Source: Methanothrix sp.
Lineage (GTDB): Archaea; Halobacteriota; Methanosarcinia; Methanotrichales; Methanotrichaceae
NCBI GenBank assembly: GCA_963682135.1
Contig: OY821645.1
Location: 160,001-224,000, forward strand
Direction of reading: 5' to 3'
DNA: 64,000 nt
The translations under genes were made by a program, and so were the position numbers. The notes beneath the pieces were generated by a model, which was not told where the DNA came from, did no database searches, and saw only the letters and a program-made list of their open reading frames with translations. Shown piece after piece: positions 8,635 to 17,432 of this stretch. The number at the start of each line of letters is the position of its first letter. Position 1 is the stretch's first letter.

Positions 8635-9948
8635 CTAATCTCCTAAATATATTTGCGAAATTGCAGCATCTAAACGACTTTTCAATTCAGTCAACTCGTC
8701 GCGTTTTCTTTCATCCAAGGGAGGTAATGGTTTCCCTCCAATGGTATCAAAACGTTTCAAATCATCTGCAGAATTCCCCACTTGTACTAGAAAAATGATC
8801 ATTGGATATCGCTGACGCAGTTCCTTGAGAATCCGCTCTTTGGCGTACTCAAACGGAAGCGCACAGATTGCGACATCGCCTGGCATATGCAATCGTTCCG
8901 CAACAGCCTGAGGAAGATGCAACATATCACCGTCTTCATCATCCAGGGGCTTGAGAATCCTATCTCGAATTGTCCGCTCAATCTGGTGTTTAATTGCATC
9001 ATCGCCTTCGCCAGCACCACCGCTCACAGAAAATGCCCATATCGAACCATTATTATCGTAAATCTCGATCTTTGCCCTATTTAGGTATTCGTCGATTATC
9101 GCTTGCTCTTTTGCATTAACGGTTATGAGTCCAAGTTCTCCAGGCTTACGAGAAGCGCACAGAATGATTTCCATTGTATCGTTCGTGACCCATTTTGCAG
9201 TTAGATACTTTTTGAAGTAATCTGCCTTTTCACGTTTCAATTCACACAAGAGCTCGCGAAATGCTCCAACGCTTTCTATCGAAGGCTTGTGATGCATGAG
9301 TTCCGCAATAGTCTGGCATAGGCAGTACTGCTTGCGATCTCCAAGTTTGTTCCATAAATCTCCTCCGATAGGCGACTCTAACTCTAACTGTTCTGCAGCA
9401 TCCTGCAGAACAATTATGTCAACCGTTCTCATCAAACCAACTACCTGATGGACCCAAGGACTCATCGGTGGTTGTTTAGCTATATTGGGATCTAGATTTG
9501 ATAAAATATCCTCTGCAAACTCTTCAGGTGAACGCGATTTGTCATCCGTGATAACCTGAATTTCCTTCAGTTGAAATGGCTCATATTTTTTAAAACATGT
9601 GTCTTTAAGGCACCTACCATCTAGCAATACTGGAATAATCTGAAAACTTGGATCGATAAATTTGCGGAAGCAAAGGATTAAGGCTTCATCCATTACCCAT
9701 GTTGACTTTGACACTGCCCTCTCGTTAAAAAGAATGATTCCCGCATGCGCTTCAGCGAGATTATGCAGAATCTCCATCCGCCATTTGACTCCAGGGCGGA
9801 TGTTACTATCAATGAAAACGTACCACTTCTTTTCTTCTTCGTCTTCTTTGGACAAAACTGCACATAGGCATTCTTTAAGCTTGACAGAGCGATCCTCTGG
9901 GGGTAATCCGTTCGTCGAATGACTTATAAACAATATTGGTTTGCTCAT
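8635..9948 (-). CDS. TIR-domain protein with an uncharacterised C-terminal region (third component of the MoxR/vWA system)
   Basis: LFISHS, VFIDSNIRPGVKW, TWVMDEA (putative catalytic Glu) and IIPVLL. Likely start 9948; 11-bp gap to moxR. Confidence 0.8.
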   Translation of the reverse strand: MSKPILFISHSTNGLPPEDRSVKLKECLCAVLSKEDEEEKKWYVFIDSNIRPGVKWRMEILHNLAEAHAGIILFNERAVSKSTWVMDEALILCFRKFIDPSFQIIPVLLDGRCLKDTCFKKYEPFQLKEIQVITDDKSRSPEEFAEDILSNLDPNIAKQPPMSPWVHQVVGLMRTVDIIVLQDAAEQLELESPIGGDLWNKLGDRKQYCLCQTIAELMHHKPSIESVGAFRELLCELKREKADYFKKYLTAKWVTNDTMEIILCASRKPGELGLITVNAKEQAIIDEYLNRAKIEIYDNNGSIWAFSVSGGAGEGDDAIKHQIERTIRDRILKPLDDEDGDMLHLPQAVAERLHMPGDVAICALPFEYAKERILKELRQRYPMIIFLVQVGNSADDLKRFDTIGGKPLPPLDERKRDELTELKSRLDAAISQIYLGD

Positions 9949-9952
9949 GATT

Positions 9953-10102
9953 CTAGCGCCACCAGTCGATGGAACAACAATCTTCGCCATCAAAACCATT
10001 GAGATAAGGGCGATTGCCTCCGATTACACCCATGATCCTTACTTGCGACGCTTTCCAGTTATCAGGCTTGTGGTGAATGCTGTAGAATATCCTTCGCGCC
10101 AT
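9953..10102 (-). pseudogene. ThsB/DUF1863 (MTH538)-like TIR, N-terminal stub
   Basis: MARRIFYSIHHKPDNWKASQVRIMGVIGGN resembles the N-terminus of this family and ends after 49 codons. Confidence 0.62.
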
Positions 10103-10319
10103 AAGGTACTCCTTTCGCTTCTTTTTGTCAAACGCTACGAATGAAGCTCGACTTTGCCGCTGCAATGGGCTGTAATTTCTACCCAAGGTTATAAAGCTAT
10201 TTATTTCATTCTTGACTAACGATCAGTAACACTCCCTCTTTGGGCAACAAAACCTTCCAATCAACTTTCATTAGCAGTCCTATTCCTATCGCCGTCAGGA
10301 CCAGATTGGTCTACAATCA

Positions 10320-10432
10320 GCTATTGAAAGCATGCCCGTGGCACTCTCCATCGTATCTCTAATTTCATCATAGCATCATCACCCCTAGTCGTCGCTGTCA
10401 AAACCCCGGCGTCTCAATAAATGACTTTTTCC
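10320..10432 (-). pseudogene. PIN toxin N-terminal remnant
   Basis: KSFI, a frameshift, then DAGVLTATTRG resembles the PIN motif TFIDAGVLIAAARG. Follows the small antitoxin-like ORF. Confidence 0.4.
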
Positions 10433-10435
10433 AGA

Positions 10436-10609
10436 TCAATCTACCTCTCCTCGACGTGCTGCGACCTCTTTATCGATCTCATCCCATCCGAGAAGAGTCT
10501 CCCCTGATGCAACAATCCTTTTTCGGATGGACCAGAGTCGCCGACCTAGGAGTGTTTTCGGTTTGAATGAAGAGACAATCCCCTGAAGATTGTAACGAAC
10601 CGTAACCAT
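10436..10609 (-). CDS. Small antitoxin-like protein (57 aa)
   Basis: PKTLLGRRLWSIRKRIVASGETLLGWDEIDKEVAARRG; adjacent to the PIN remnant. Confidence 0.45.
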   Translation of the reverse strand: MVTVRYNLQGIVSSFKPKTLLGRRLWSIRKRIVASGETLLGWDEIDKEVAARRGEVD

Positions 10610-10614
10610 TGCAG

Positions 10615-11301
10615 CTACACCTTCCTTCCTCTCCTCACCCTCTTCCTCACAATCAGGCATATCGACTGCACGGTATTCCCGATAAAGAACCGCGGAGGCG
10701 TCCGTTTGCCCACCACCCGTGTACTCCCGGCCCGGATGGCCGCCACCGCTTCTTCCGCGTCTGCGGCTTCGATCTCCGTAACACCCAGGCCCACCGTAGC
10801 GGCAAAGTGCGAGTCGCTTCCCGCCACCATGGGCAGACCGCGCTTCTTTGCGCCCATTCTCGCCCGCGCGTTGGCTATGCCGAAAAGGTGTTTGGAGTTG
10901 TAGACCTCTACCGCATCGCAGTCCGGTATGCGCCCGATTGCATGTCGAAAGGGATGGTAAGGATGAGGAACGATGGTGATGCCTCCCTGCTCGCGGGCCA
11001 TATCCGCTGTCTCTTCCGGGCTTCTGCCCCGGGGCGGCAGCTCCTGCACACCTAAAACCAGCAGATGCCCCTCATCGGTGGTGACCTCCCCTCCAGGGAT
11101 GAGAATCAGGTCGAGCTTCTCTTCCCGGATGATCTTCAGGGCTTTGAGCGAGCCCTGCAATGTGTCGTGATCGGTTATGGATAGACCGGCTAATTTGCGC
11201 CCTGCTGCGGCGCGCAGGATGGTACGAACATCATCGCGGCCATCGGAACAGTTGGAATGCACATGCAGATCAAATCTCATCTTCGCCAGGGTCTCCATCA
11301 C
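10615..11301 (-). CDS. PHP-domain phosphoesterase
   Basis: DLHVHS, ITDHD, PHPY and GSDSH motifs. Confidence 0.9.
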   Translation of the reverse strand: MMETLAKMRFDLHVHSNCSDGRDDVRTILRAAAGRKLAGLSITDHDTLQGSLKALKIIREEKLDLILIPGGEVTTDEGHLLVLGVQELPPRGRSPEETADMAREQGGITIVPHPYHPFRHAIGRIPDCDAVEVYNSKHLFGIANARARMGAKKRGLPMVAGSDSHFAATVGLGVTEIEAADAEEAVAAIRAGSTRVVGKRTPPRFFIGNTVQSICLIVRKRVRRGRKV

Positions 11302-11331
11302 CGAAATACATTAGTGCTTACTACCTACCTT

Positions 11332-11408
11332 CACCACAAAGACACAAAGGCACAAAGACGACTTAGCGTTTCTTAGTGCGTCCTTTGTGGCTTTGTGCCT
11401 TTGTGGTG
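11332..11408. repeat. Intergenic palindromic element with 26-bp arms built from CACAAAG units
   Basis: CACCACAAAGACACAAAGGCACAAAG ... CTTTGTGGCTTTGTGCCTTTGTGGTG, with 2 mismatches between the arms. Confidence 0.85.
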
Positions 11409-11449
11409 GAATCGTCGTTATCCACTGGTATAACCAATAGTTGCGACTA

Positions 11450-12703
11450 CTATCTGCTGATTTCCGGTACGGTCAGAATGCCGTTCAGCGCCGAGGCCGC
11501 CGCTGTGGCCGGGCTGGCCAGGTAAACCAGCCCTCCTTTACCCATCCTTCCCGGGAAGTTGCGATTGGATGTGGAGACACAAACCTCGCCTTCTGCCAGG
11601 ACGCCCATGTGCGCCCCCAGGCAGGGCCCGCATCCCGGCGGCCCGATCATCGCACCCGCTTCTACCAGCGGCTGGATGATGCCGCTTTGCATTGCCTCCA
11701 GCAAGACCTCTCGTGAGGCGGGGATGACCAGGGTTCTCGCTATAACCCGCTTTCCTCTGAGGATGCGGGCCGCCAGATCCAGATCCTCCAGCCTTCCGTT
11801 GGTGCAGGTGCCTATGAAGACCTGATCCACCTCCAGGCCCTCCAGCTCTGAGACTGGCTTCACATTATCAACCCGGTAGGGCACCGCCACCTGCGGCTCC
11901 AAATCGGTTATGTCGTACACGTATTCGTAATCGTATGAATCCGGATCAGATTGTACTGGCTTGTAAGGCTGCCGCGCCCGGCCTGCCAGCCAGGCGTGCG
12001 TCTTCTTATCAGGCGGAACTATGGCTGATTTGGCCCCCATCTCCACACCCAAATTGCACAGCGTCATCCTTCCGGATATGCTCAGAGCCTCAATGCTCGG
12101 GCCGATATACTCTACGGTCTTGTAGGTCGCCCCATCCGCGCCATGCTTGCCTATTATCATCAGCGCAATGTCCTTGGCAGATACGGACGATTTGGGCGTG
12201 CCTGATACTCGCACGGCTATAGTTTCTGGAACCTTGAACCACAAACGTCCCCGAGAATAGATCTCGGCCATGTCCGTCGCTCCCACGCCGGTGCCAAAGG
12301 CTCCCAGGGCCCCATAGGTGCAGGAATGCGAATCAGCCCCTACTAACAAGAGGCCGGGCAAGGCAAAACCCTGTTCGGGAAATACCTGATGGCACACTCC
12401 GCTGCCGCAGTCAAAAAAGTTGGAGATATTCTGCTCTTTGGCCCAGGCTCGCACATCCCGTTGCAGCTCCGCCGCTGTCTCATTGTTGGCAGGAACAATA
12501 TGGTCGAAAGGTATTACGATTCTTTTTGCATCCCATACCTTCCCAGACCCCATCTCCTGGAAGGCCCTGATTGCCAGAACACTTGTTCCATCATGAGACA
12601 TGGCATAATCCACACCAGCCTCAACAATCTCCCCCGGCTCCACCATTTTAGTGGAACCGGAGGCTCGTGAAAAAATTTTTTGGCTTATAGTTCCAGTCGC
12701 CAT
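11450..12703 (-). CDS. Isopropylmalate/homoaconitate hydratase family, large subunit
   Basis: [27 protein letters not shown] and [10 protein letters not shown]. Confidence 0.92.
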   Translation of the reverse strand: MATGTISQKIFSRASGSTKMVEPGEIVEAGVDYAMSHDGTSVLAIRAFQEMGSGKVWDAKRIVIPFDHIVPANNETAAELQRDVRAWAKEQNISNFFDCGSGVCHQVFPEQGFALPGLLLVGADSHSCTYGALGAFGTGVGATDMAEIYSRGRLWFKVPETIAVRVSGTPKSSVSAKDIALMIIGKHGADGATYKTVEYIGPSIEALSISGRMTLCNLGVEMGAKSAIVPPDKKTHAWLAGRARQPYKPVQSDPDSYDYEYVYDITDLEPQVAVPYRVDNVKPVSELEGLEVDQVFIGTCTNGRLEDLDLAARILRGKRVIARTLVIPASREVLLEAMQSGIIQPLVEAGAMIGPPGCGPCLGAHMGVLAEGEVCVSTSNRNFPGRMGKGGLVYLASPATAAASALNGILTVPEISR

Positions 12704-12750
12704 TACTCTCGCCCGCCTCTGGGCCTAAATGGCGATTCTATCACTTAAGC

Positions 12751-14622
12751 TCAACGCTTGCATAATATGTCCTCATGGGTGGGCATCATGTAAGCGATGT
12801 CGTCTGCCGGATGGCGGTAGAGCCTTGAACCCAAGCGCTTTTGATCCAGGATATGCCCAATCAAGCCGATGCTTCTTCCCAGGGCAAACAGCCCATTGAG
12901 ATAACCCAGGCGCACCACTTCATCGATCTCCGCCATGCTGAATGCTCCGCAGGAGGTCATCAGATCCAAGAAGAGAATGCCTATGCAGCCATCTACATTC
13001 AAGATCAAATTTCCTTTCTTGGCTGTGGTAAGCTCCTCCACCTGCAGGGCGTAATCGAGCAGCTGTGTGCTGGGGAAGTTCGCTTTGGCGTAGCTGATGA
13101 GCAACTGAACACGCTTGTCCGGGTTTTTAACGCTCTTAATCTTATGGCCGATGCCCGGGATGTTGATGCCCTTTCTCTTCATCTCCTTGACAAACTGCTC
13201 AGGCGTAAGATCCGTCTCTTTAGCATGCTTGAACTCACGAGCTGCATCATCGATAGCTCCGCCGAAGCGCGGGCCGATGGTCAAGAGTCCGCTGCACAGT
13301 GACGAGATGAGGTCTTTTCCGGCACATGAAGCCACAATGGCGTTATGGGCCCCGGATACGGCCGGCCCATGGTCAGCCACGATCTGCAAGACCAGATCAA
13401 TGAAACCAGTGGCATAGCGGGGCAGCTCCTTCTTGAACCAGAGCAGACCGATGACGCCGCCTATGCCCATCTTTTCTTCCAGGACGCTGGAGAGTCTCTT
13501 GCCGGCATAGAGCACCTCTTCTCCGCTATCGTCGGATATCGTGCAGATGAATGTGGTCGGCTTTCTGATATCGCCGGATGCCATTGCTTTGCTGTAGTCC
13601 GCCGGGATTTTGGGTACTTCCGGCTCAATGAGCGGCACTACTCTGCCCTGGGCGAGCAGCATCTCGTAAACCAGTCGAACCGTATCGCCATATCCATCAA
13701 ATGATGTGGGAACATAGGCACCTGCCGCTCTAAAGGCTTCATTCTTGGCCTGAGCCGTCTCCTTGTGAGTATCTGCCTTGGCTCCGGCATGGCCGAATTG
13801 AACGCTGGCGGGAAGAACCGGTGAGCAGGTTCCAGTCACCCAGGCTACCAGCGGCTTCTTGATCCTGCCATCTCTTAGTGCGGAAATGATCTTGTACTCA
13901 TCCTCACCGCCAAGTTCGCCAAGGCAGGCAATCATCTTGATGGCGGGGTTTTCCTCATAGCGCAGGATATGGTCGAGCATGGTTGAGCCTGGATAGCGAT
14001 CTCCTCCAATGGCCACGCCCTCGTAAATGCCGTCCGAGTTTCTGGAAATGATGTTGAATGCCTCGTTGAGCATGCCTCCCGACTTTGATACAAATCCCAC
14101 ACATCCCGGCCGGTAGAGCTTGGAGGCGATGATGTTCTCAATGGTTCCGGCGGTATTGCCTATGCGAAAAGCTCCCGCCGTCATTCCTCCAACCGTGGCT
14201 GGACCGATGACCATCTTGCCCTTCTTTTTGGCTGTGATGCTCATGATCCGCGACTGCCTCTCCGGTACACCTTCGGCAATTACCGCCACAACACGAATGC
14301 TCTTCTCAGCCAGTGCCTCCATGGTAGTATCAAAAGCGGAGCGATGCGAAGCGAAGTTGACCATCACATCCGCCTCAGGGTAGGCCTTGGCTGCCATGGG
14401 AATGCTCTTGTACATGGGCAGGATTATCTCTTTGGTTCCCCAGAAGGCCTTGTGAATACCGGCTCGGCTGGGATTGATGATGGCAGAGATGCTGGGGCCG
14501 TTACGATTGCAGATGTAATCGAAGTCCAGCATGCGCTGGATGGCATTTGTCTGATAGCCGTAGACGAAGGCTTTTGTGTTCTTATCAAATAGAACGTAGC
14601 TCTCTTTAGAAGTTTGGCTCAT
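12751..14622 (-). CDS. aclA: ATP-citrate lyase large subunit (CoA-binding + citryl-CoA lyase)
   Basis: QFGHAGA phospho-His motif, ADHGPAVSGAHN, PGIGHKIKS and LNVDG. Confidence 0.95.
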   Translation of the reverse strand: MSQTSKESYVLFDKNTKAFVYGYQTNAIQRMLDFDYICNRNGPSISAIINPSRAGIHKAFWGTKEIILPMYKSIPMAAKAYPEADVMVNFASHRSAFDTTMEALAEKSIRVVAVIAEGVPERQSRIMSITAKKKGKMVIGPATVGGMTAGAFRIGNTAGTIENIIASKLYRPGCVGFVSKSGGMLNEAFNIISRNSDGIYEGVAIGGDRYPGSTMLDHILRYEENPAIKMIACLGELGGEDEYKIISALRDGRIKKPLVAWVTGTCSPVLPASVQFGHAGAKADTHKETAQAKNEAFRAAGAYVPTSFDGYGDTVRLVYEMLLAQGRVVPLIEPEVPKIPADYSKAMASGDIRKPTTFICTISDDSGEEVLYAGKRLSSVLEEKMGIGGVIGLLWFKKELPRYATGFIDLVLQIVADHGPAVSGAHNAIVASCAGKDLISSLCSGLLTIGPRFGGAIDDAAREFKHAKETDLTPEQFVKEMKRKGINIPGIGHKIKSVKNPDKRVQLLISYAKANFPSTQLLDYALQVEELTTAKKGNLILNVDGCIGILFLDLMTSCGAFSMAEIDEVVRLGYLNGLFALGRSIGLIGHILDQKRLGSRLYRHPADDIAYMMPTHEDILCKR

Positions 14623-15899
14623 TCCGATGCACCACCCAGGGCCAGGGGAACAATTCTGGTCATATGCGTCTCAGGTCCGTAAACTTCAATGGGCACACCC
14701 AGCCTCTTACCTAAGCTGCGCATGAGCTTCAGTCCCTGCTCATAATTTGGGCCGCCTCTTCTAACGTAGATCTTGACGCCCGCATCCTGCAGCTTTTGCC
14801 GGTACTCCTCTAATGCCATGACCACTCCCTTGAAGGTCTTGGCCACATCAGTAAAGTTGGCAATAGCGCCGCCGATCAGCAGCATCTTTCCGCGAGGGTC
14901 ATTGCGACGTGTCATCAGGTCCAAAATGGTCCTGGTGTAATAGTAAGTCTCCTCTGTATTGGGATCGCCGCTGTATTCGCCGTAATTGGCCATCTCCTTA
15001 GCATGACCCAGATCGCAGATGGTATCGGCATAGATCACACTCGCTCCACCTCCGGCTACCATCGTCCAGACCCTGCCTTCCGGATTCAAAATAGTCAGCT
15101 TCAAAGAGGCACCTGTCTTGGAATCTAGATCCTTGATGAACAGCTCTTCCTTGGACAGGCTTTTGCCGAATTGCTCAGGAAAAGCAAGACCCAACCATCT
15201 TTTCCTCTGCCAGTACTCCTCGGCATCATCGAGCTTGGCCACCATATCCAAAGGTACAATGGTGCCGTCCTGGAAGGTGAAGGGATTGATCTCCAGGTAG
15301 GAAAAGCCCGTTTCTGCATAAAAGCGCCACAAAGCCTTGATGAAATTCTCAATGGCTGTGCTCTTTTCTTCAAGGCCCTCCGGCAACCTGGACTTTATAT
15401 CCACGCCCTCCATTCCGTCTAGTAGATCTACATGAAAACGAATTACTTTGTCCCAGTTCTCTTCGACAAATACGCCGCCTTGCATGGAGAAGAAGATGTT
15501 GTCGCCATCACCGTCCGAATTGATGGCCACATAAAGCTCTTCTTCATGGGGTATGAAGGGTTCAATTAAGAAATGAGATAGCCTTCCGGTTATACTCCCT
15601 ACGGTGACCGATGCACCCATATTCTCCTGAAGGTATTTCTTCGCCATATCCCAATCTGCATCCAGAAGAACCAGCCCGTGCTTGCCTCTCTTTCCAAAGA
15701 GCTGATCCGGCTTAACGACAAGCTTCTTCGTCTTCAGCCAGGGATGAGTTGATGCCAGCTCCTCCAGATCGGTCTCCGGTCCCACAAGGGCGAGATCGCC
15801 TTTATAGGAGAATTCACTGAGGTACTGGGGAAGGAATCCGGCCAGCAAGCGCTTTGCATCGTATTCCCTAATGCCTCTCTGTGCCATGTCCAAAACCAC
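14619..15899 (-). CDS. aclB: ATP-citrate lyase small subunit (ATP-grasp + citrate-binding)
   Basis: VVKPDQLFGKRGK, MVAGGGASV, NYGEYSG and ANFTDVA. Confidence 0.95.
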   Translation of the reverse strand: MVLDMAQRGIREYDAKRLLAGFLPQYLSEFSYKGDLALVGPETDLEELASTHPWLKTKKLVVKPDQLFGKRGKHGLVLLDADWDMAKKYLQENMGASVTVGSITGRLSHFLIEPFIPHEEELYVAINSDGDGDNIFFSMQGGVFVEENWDKVIRFHVDLLDGMEGVDIKSRLPEGLEEKSTAIENFIKALWRFYAETGFSYLEINPFTFQDGTIVPLDMVAKLDDAEEYWQRKRWLGLAFPEQFGKSLSKEELFIKDLDSKTGASLKLTILNPEGRVWTMVAGGGASVIYADTICDLGHAKEMANYGEYSGDPNTEETYYYTRTILDLMTRRNDPRGKMLLIGGAIANFTDVAKTFKGVVMALEEYRQKLQDAGVKIYVRRGGPNYEQGLKLMRSLGKRLGVPIEVYGPETHMTRIVPLALGGASE

Positions 15900-15998
15900 C
15901 TTCGCCGCCTTAATGTTTTTCTTATTTACAAACCTTTCTAAAGGAAAAAGCCAAAATACCTAACGAATGGCGAAATACTCCAGGGAGGCGGTCATATT

Positions 15999-16997
15999 AT
16001 GAAGTGTCCTGTTTGTGGAAAAGGTTGCATTCAGCCTGCAAGAGAGGTTCTGGCAGAGATAGAGAGGAGGTACCTTGCCTGCCCTGCTTGCGCACCTGAA
16101 CCAAATTTGGACAAGACGAAAGGGGCAAAGCTTCTTTTGGAAAAGGTAAAGCGGTGCCCCTCCTGCGGCAAAGCGACGCTTGATGGCGTAATGCTCGATG
16201 TTCTGCGCCTGTTGCAGGAATTTGGCCTGCGCGACGAAGATGATACATTGCGCAGTGTAGGCTCGCCGCTCATTGAGGTGGGCTATCCTCTGGCATACTC
16301 GCCCCGGCTTGGGCCCAGGAGCCTGATAATCACAGGTAACAGGTACAGCAAAGAGGCCGCAGAGGCGATGCTGGAGCAAATACCGGAGATCAAGGGAGTG
16401 ATTCTGAGCCGAGGAGTTGCCGGCATAGTCGACCCGGAGATCGCGCCGCGAGAGAACCTGCTGTTGGCGGGCTGTGACATGCGCGCCGATATTTCTCAGA
16501 GCCTATTTGGGGAAGCCGTTATCTACAAGAGCCAGTCGCGAATTCACATAGAATTTTCCCGGCAGAGCGCCCCCAAGATGAGAATTCTTGAGCAGCTATA
16601 TTTGCAGGGAAAGCTTCGCGATGTGGTAGATGGGCTTTGCGGTCCGGGAACGCTGGGGTTGATGTGCGTTTTGGCCGGAGCCAAACGCGTGGTCTTCAAT
16701 GATGCCTGGCTGGCGAGCGTGCAAAATGTGCTGCTCAATCTTGATGCCAACAAAAGCTTGCTTGGAATCGATGAGATCGAATATCCTGAAGTCTCCAAGA
16801 ATGCCGTAGGAAAGGAGCCGGTGCTCGTCGGTCGCGCCCACGGATCTTGCGAGATCGAGGTCTATCACGGCGACCTGCGGCAGCTCTTTTCCAGAGCAAA
16901 GCCTGCCGACATTTGCCTGATCGATCACTTTCCCGGCGCGAAAACTGGGGAGATGGAAAGGGCCAGCCGCTGCTGTAATGAGATAGTAATCGTGTAA
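15999..16997 (+). CDS. Conserved protein with Cys-rich Zn-binding N-terminus and SAM-methyltransferase-like C-terminus
   Basis: CPVC, CPAC and CPSC motifs; VDGLCGPGTLG motif I. Confidence 0.7.
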   Translation: MKCPVCGKGCIQPAREVLAEIERRYLACPACAPEPNLDKTKGAKLLLEKVKRCPSCGKATLDGVMLDVLRLLQEFGLRDEDDTLRSVGSPLIEVGYPLAYSPRLGPRSLIITGNRYSKEAAEAMLEQIPEIKGVILSRGVAGIVDPEIAPRENLLLAGCDMRADISQSLFGEAVIYKSQSRIHIEFSRQSAPKMRILEQLYLQGKLRDVVDGLCGPGTLGLMCVLAGAKRVVFNDAWLASVQNVLLNLDANKSLLGIDEIEYPEVSKNAVGKEPVLVGRAHGSCEIEVYHGDLRQLFSRAKPADICLIDHFPGAKTGEMERASRCCNEIVIV

Positions 16998-17034
16998 TGA
17001 ATGAGCAATAATTGAAAGACAAGAAATTAATGAT

Positions 17035-17112
17035 TGGTGGGACAGCGCGGATTCGAACCGCGGTCCAAGAGTCCCAAACCCTCGAGGATAGACCAGGCTA
17101 CCCCACTGTCCC
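17035..17112 (-). tRNA. tRNA-Pro(TGG) with encoded CCA
   Basis: GGGACAG...GAGGG-TTTGGGA-CTCTT...GGTTCGAATCC...CTGTCCC-ACCA folds as a cloverleaf. TATA-like TTTTAAA lies about 30 bp upstream. Confidence 0.96.
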
Positions 17113-17252
17113 GAAATGAAGTAGGCCCTACTGGTCTGTAGTCTTTAAAAGGCTTTTGCTTAGCTACTAGCCTGCTGCAGCCAGCAAAGCATTGCGATTC
17201 ACGAAAACCCTAATCACAACCTTTTTAAATCCTGCTTTAATAGGGTCATCTC

Positions 17253-17432
17253 ATGGGAAAGACAGGAAGCATAGTTTGGGTCAAGGTTAAGGGCAGAAAG
17301 GGTCAGGTTCGGCAGGTTACTAAAGCTGAGGTCACTCACAAGAAGCCCGGTCCAATGCAGAGATACACCGCAGCAGGTTCAAGAGTCAAGAAGATAAAGA
17401 GATCCGCGAAGGCTACTCAAATCAGAACATGA
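17253..17432 (+). CDS. Small basic protein (59 aa), DUF5350-like; missed by the ORF track
   Basis: MGKTGSIVWVKVKGRKGQVRQV...KATQIRT*; ATGA overlap with thiI. Confidence 0.8.
   Translation: MGKTGSIVWVKVKGRKGQVRQVTKAEVTHKKPGPMQRYTAAGSRVKKIKRSAKATQIRT

Noticed and set aside
17035-17112. tRNA-Pro as an integration site
   Set aside because: No duplicate of its 3' end was noticed and the flanking genes are housekeeping.
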